From: Piromyces finnis finn
Taxonomy: Eukaryota; Fungi; Neocallimastigomycota
Direction of reading: 5' to 3'
Assembly: GCA_002104945.1 (NCBI GenBank)
Contig: MCFH01000035.1
Coordinates: forward strand, 124,001-188,000
Length of the DNA: 64,000 bases
The notes under the pieces were generated by a model. The model was not told the DNA's origin and ran no database searches. It was given only the letters and a program-made list of their open reading frames with translations. Below are positions 60,301 through 64,000 of this stretch, in pieces. The translations under genes were made by a program, and so were the position numbers. Position 1 is the stretch's first letter. Each line of letters starts with the position of its first letter.

Positions 60301-62055
60301 TTAATTATTTTTAAATTTTAACTGTGAGGCAGGACGAGTATCAACATCATTAGCGTAAACTGCCATTTGCCAATCTTTTTCAGTTAGAAGACTGTTAGTT
60401 TCCGAATCAATCCAAAATACACCAGAACCACAGTATTCTTGTTTAAGTTTCTTATAATTCTTACTATTATAGAAATTTTTCATTGTTTGAGAAAGTGGAT
60501 ACATCATATCTAAGCCTTTCCATCTTACTGTTGCATAAGGTCTACCATTCTTTTTAGGAAGTTGATATACTATTTTCTTATTTTTAATAGGATGTGGGGC
60601 CTCATTTTCATCTTCAGAATCGAAATCTGATTTAAAAGATCGTACATCATCATTATCCTCAAATGACTTGGCGATATCTGATTCTTGAATTGAAGTTGGA
60701 TCTTGACTACACTGATTATTCTTTATTGGGATCGGTACACCATTTTCAAATTCAACGCGTAATGGTTTTTTTTTATTTTTATTTTCACCTTCCGTTTTTT
60801 CATCTTTATTTTCATCTTCTTCATTTCCTGAATCTTCCGTTGTTACACTTTCATCTTCTTCATCTTTACTTATTATTTCTACATATTCAAACGTTACCCA
60901 AGCTTTAACTAAACCACGTAAAAGTCCATGTGCTACATAGCCTAAACCCTTTTCTTTGATCCATGGTAATAAATCTCTATACATAGTTTCATAAATGCCT
61001 TCAAAGATAGGATTAACAAAATGATAATTTTCTTTTTGATAAAATACTGCATTATGAAAATATAATGGTACATTTAATATACCATCTTTTTTGTCATCCA
61101 TTGATATTCTAAATAATACTTTATCAATAATACGTCCAATCCCCAAACTTGGATAATTTTGTCCTGGCAAAAGAAGAAAAGGATCAATACAAGTATTTTG
61201 ATTTTTATCATTGTCTTTTGTTATGTTATTATTTACATTATTTAATTCATTATTATTGGAATTTATTGTTGAAGAATTATTAATTATATTTGAATCCATT
61301 TTACTTTTGGTATTATTATCAGAATTAGTATTTAAAATTTCGGATTCATTATTATTATTGTTATTGATTATAGAGGGAGACGGTGTATTCATTAATATAC
61401 GCTCATGCTTTATATTGGTATGATAGTTGAATGGACTTACGGTAGGATTCTGCATTCTAGTCCATTCTACAACAATGAAATCAATATGCTCTAATTTAAG
61501 GAATGTACTTTTGAGAAGTGGTGCAGCATTTACTAATAAATAGTTATCATGACTATGATAAATTTCAGGGATGGTATCTTCAGTTTGAGGTGCATATTGT
61601 GAAGTATGAGTTCTACGTTTAGTTTCGACGCGATGATCTGTGTATGCTACATCAGCAATACCACGAACTTGATGAATATTTTGTACTCTTCTAAACCACA
61701 TTTCAGCTAATAGATGTGATTCATTTTTTGGTGAAATATCTTTTTGGCCCATCCAAAGATAAAATTTATGTATATACCAATCTGAAGTATCCAATTCAAA
61801 GTAATATTCTTTTATACCCTGCATTTCTAAACATTTACCAATCTTGAAATCATCCATATATCGAATAATAGTATCCAATGAATAAATACCTAATAAAAGT
61901 TGTTGCTTTTTTTTAGAATTAAAACTTTCATCATTTAAATCATCAAGCATATTATCAAATTTAAATAATGATTCTCCTTTTGAGGTAGGATTCGTTGAAC
62001 CATTTACTGTTGCTGGAGGGAGAAGTGACTCTCCTTTTGATTTCGTTTGATCCAT
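60301..62055 (-). CDS. Uncharacterised 584-aa intronless protein; conserved-looking core with Asn-rich and acidic insertions
   Basis: Long uninterrupted ORF with raised GC. Motifs include IVVEWTRMQNP, LLPGQNYPSLGIG and DGILNVPLYFHNAVFY..YHFVNP. Function not assigned. Confidence 0.85.
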   Translation of the reverse strand: MDQTKSKGESLLPPATVNGSTNPTSKGESLFKFDNMLDDLNDESFNSKKKQQLLLGIYSLDTIIRYMDDFKIGKCLEMQGIKEYYFELDTSDWYIHKFYLWMGQKDISPKNESHLLAEMWFRRVQNIHQVRGIADVAYTDHRVETKRRTHTSQYAPQTEDTIPEIYHSHDNYLLVNAAPLLKSTFLKLEHIDFIVVEWTRMQNPTVSPFNYHTNIKHERILMNTPSPSIINNNNNNESEILNTNSDNNTKSKMDSNIINNSSTINSNNNELNNVNNNITKDNDKNQNTCIDPFLLLPGQNYPSLGIGRIIDKVLFRISMDDKKDGILNVPLYFHNAVFYQKENYHFVNPIFEGIYETMYRDLLPWIKEKGLGYVAHGLLRGLVKAWVTFEYVEIISKDEEDESVTTEDSGNEEDENKDEKTEGENKNKKKPLRVEFENGVPIPIKNNQCSQDPTSIQESDIAKSFEDNDDVRSFKSDFDSEDENEAPHPIKNKKIVYQLPKKNGRPYATVRWKGLDMMYPLSQTMKNFYNSKNYKKLKQEYCGSGVFWIDSETNSLLTEKDWQMAVYANDVDTRPASQLKFKNN

Positions 62056-64000
62056 TTTAAATTTAATTACACAAAAAAAATATAATATAAAATATTTGTT
62101 TTGTGATTCAATTAACTAAATAACTATATTAAAATTTATAATAATAAAAAATAATAATAGGTTAAAGAATATGTAAATAATTTTCACATATATATATTTA
62201 TTTAGTAAATTGAATTGTTTTTATTATATATAAAATAAAACATTTACACATTTATATCATATATAATTTCAATTATTATTTTTTTTAATTCAGTTTATTT
62301 TAAATAAAATTGTAAAATTTTGTATTATGGTGAATTAATTATGAAAATTTTAGTAAAATAGAGGATAATGAATTTTATATAGTAACATTAACGAATTAAT
62401 GTTTTTTTTTTTTTAACTATGATTTCTAGTATTTGAAGAAAATAACTACTTATGATAATTATTAATTTAAAATTTATTTTTGGAGTTATATATTATGTAT
62501 AGTTTTTCGAGTATTTATATATATATTTTAAGAAGTTAATGATATTATTAATTATTAGTTATTCATTATTATTGTTATATTTTTTTCATACTGTTAAAAA
62601 TTAATTAACCATTTTTATAATATTATTATAATTATAAATTTTGAATATTATTATTTGAAATGGTAATATATTTCATCTTAAGATTTTACTTTTTTTATTC
62701 ATTTAATTGATATAAAAGAATCTTAATACTACCATAAATACTATAAATTATTATTATAGTGTTCTTATAAAGAATTACTAAATTCATTAATACATTTTCA
62801 ATATATATAAAATAATAAAAATATTTCTATACCTTATTTAAGAAATTTCTTTTTTCTTCTATAGCAATATTACTTATTACTTATTATTTTATTATAAACT
62901 CATATTATAATTCTTCAATTTTCCTTATAATAGTATATATTTTATATTAACATTATTTTTTTTTTTCTTTTATCTTTTTTTTTTTTTTTAAAAAAAAAGT
63001 TTTAATTTCTTTTTTAAAAAACAAAAATATATTTTCGAATTTATTAATAAAGATTAAATAAAATTTGTGAAAATAAAAGTATTAATAAATATACTCTTAA
63101 AAACTTTTACCTTTTTATTATCCAAATATAAAGTTATATTAAAATAATAATTATAACAACAATAACAATATATATAAAAAAGATAAAAAGAAAAATATAG
63201 AAATTATTGTTAAGTTTTTATTAAAAGATGTATGTATTTTTTTAATAGTATTTAAAGTTTATTAAAAATATTAAAGTTTTAAATTTAATATTGTATAAAA
63301 CAAAAAACAAAAACAAAAAATAAAAAAAATATTGAATTAAATCTGTAGTTATTATGATAGACAGTAAATGAAATAAGAAATTAATAATTAGAGGATAAGA
63401 ATTGAAATTCTATATTATAATATCTATTTAATATATATATATATATTTTTTTTTTCCTTTATTATTTAAATAGAAATTTTAAATTAAATTCAATAAATGA
63501 TTATTATATAGGATTAGACAATCAATAAACTTAGATATGTTTATAAGTATTAAAAATATCAGAGCAAACTATTAATAACCTTCCTTTCTATTGAATTGAA
63601 ACCACTTTATTTATTCTATAAAATAATAAGTTTAATATGAAATATAAAATAAAGATTATGAAACAGTATTAATTTTTTTTTACAAAAATATACATTATAT
63701 AAAAATATTCATATATATATATAAACAAAGAAAAGGTATAATATTTATTGGGAGAAATAAAAAAAAAAATCAAAGTAAACTATGTATGAGTAAATATATT
63801 AAATTATATATATTATGTAAAACATAATACATTTTATAGTGAAAAGCTTGAAATGTTTAATACTATTTTTTAAAGGAATACTAATAAGAATTCTAATAAT
63901 GATTTTTTTGTTATATAAAAAGAAAAAGAAAATTTTGATTTGATTTATACTTAAAAAATAATTGTTTTATCAAAACCAATCTTTTCATAATTATTAAAAT

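Overview
Extremely AT-rich, intron-rich eukaryotic DNA, most consistent with an anaerobic gut fungus (Neocallimastigomycota). This is inferred from composition, short GT-AG introns, a ciliary gene, a SWEET transporter and an Ind1-like protein with an organellar presequence. Left half (1-31.5 kb): spliced housekeeping genes, namely AHI1/jouberin (5'-truncated by the window edge), a divergent cyclin, RNA Pol III RPC9/C17, BUD32, a UBX5/UBXN7-like p97 adaptor, NAA25/MDM20, a GCK-III/Ste20 kinase, proteasome alpha-2 and a SWEET. The standout is 33.9-51.7 kb: six tandem, co-oriented, intronless type I metacaspase genes. All retain the His/Cys catalytic motifs and the acidic Ca2+ loop. Each carries a completely different N-terminal extension (Phe/Gln pseudo-repeat, Gly/Met/Gln 17-mer repeats, GPGGFG repeats, QQGI repeats, almost none, Thr-rich segment) joined to the core by one conserved [KGR]R[YF]x[IVY]x[IVF]N motif, and two copies share identical tracts suggestive of gene conversion. 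Right end: GAR1, IND1/NUBPL and an intronless 584-aa orphan with a bacterial-looking core. Exon boundaries were read by eye and are approximate. No database searches were run.
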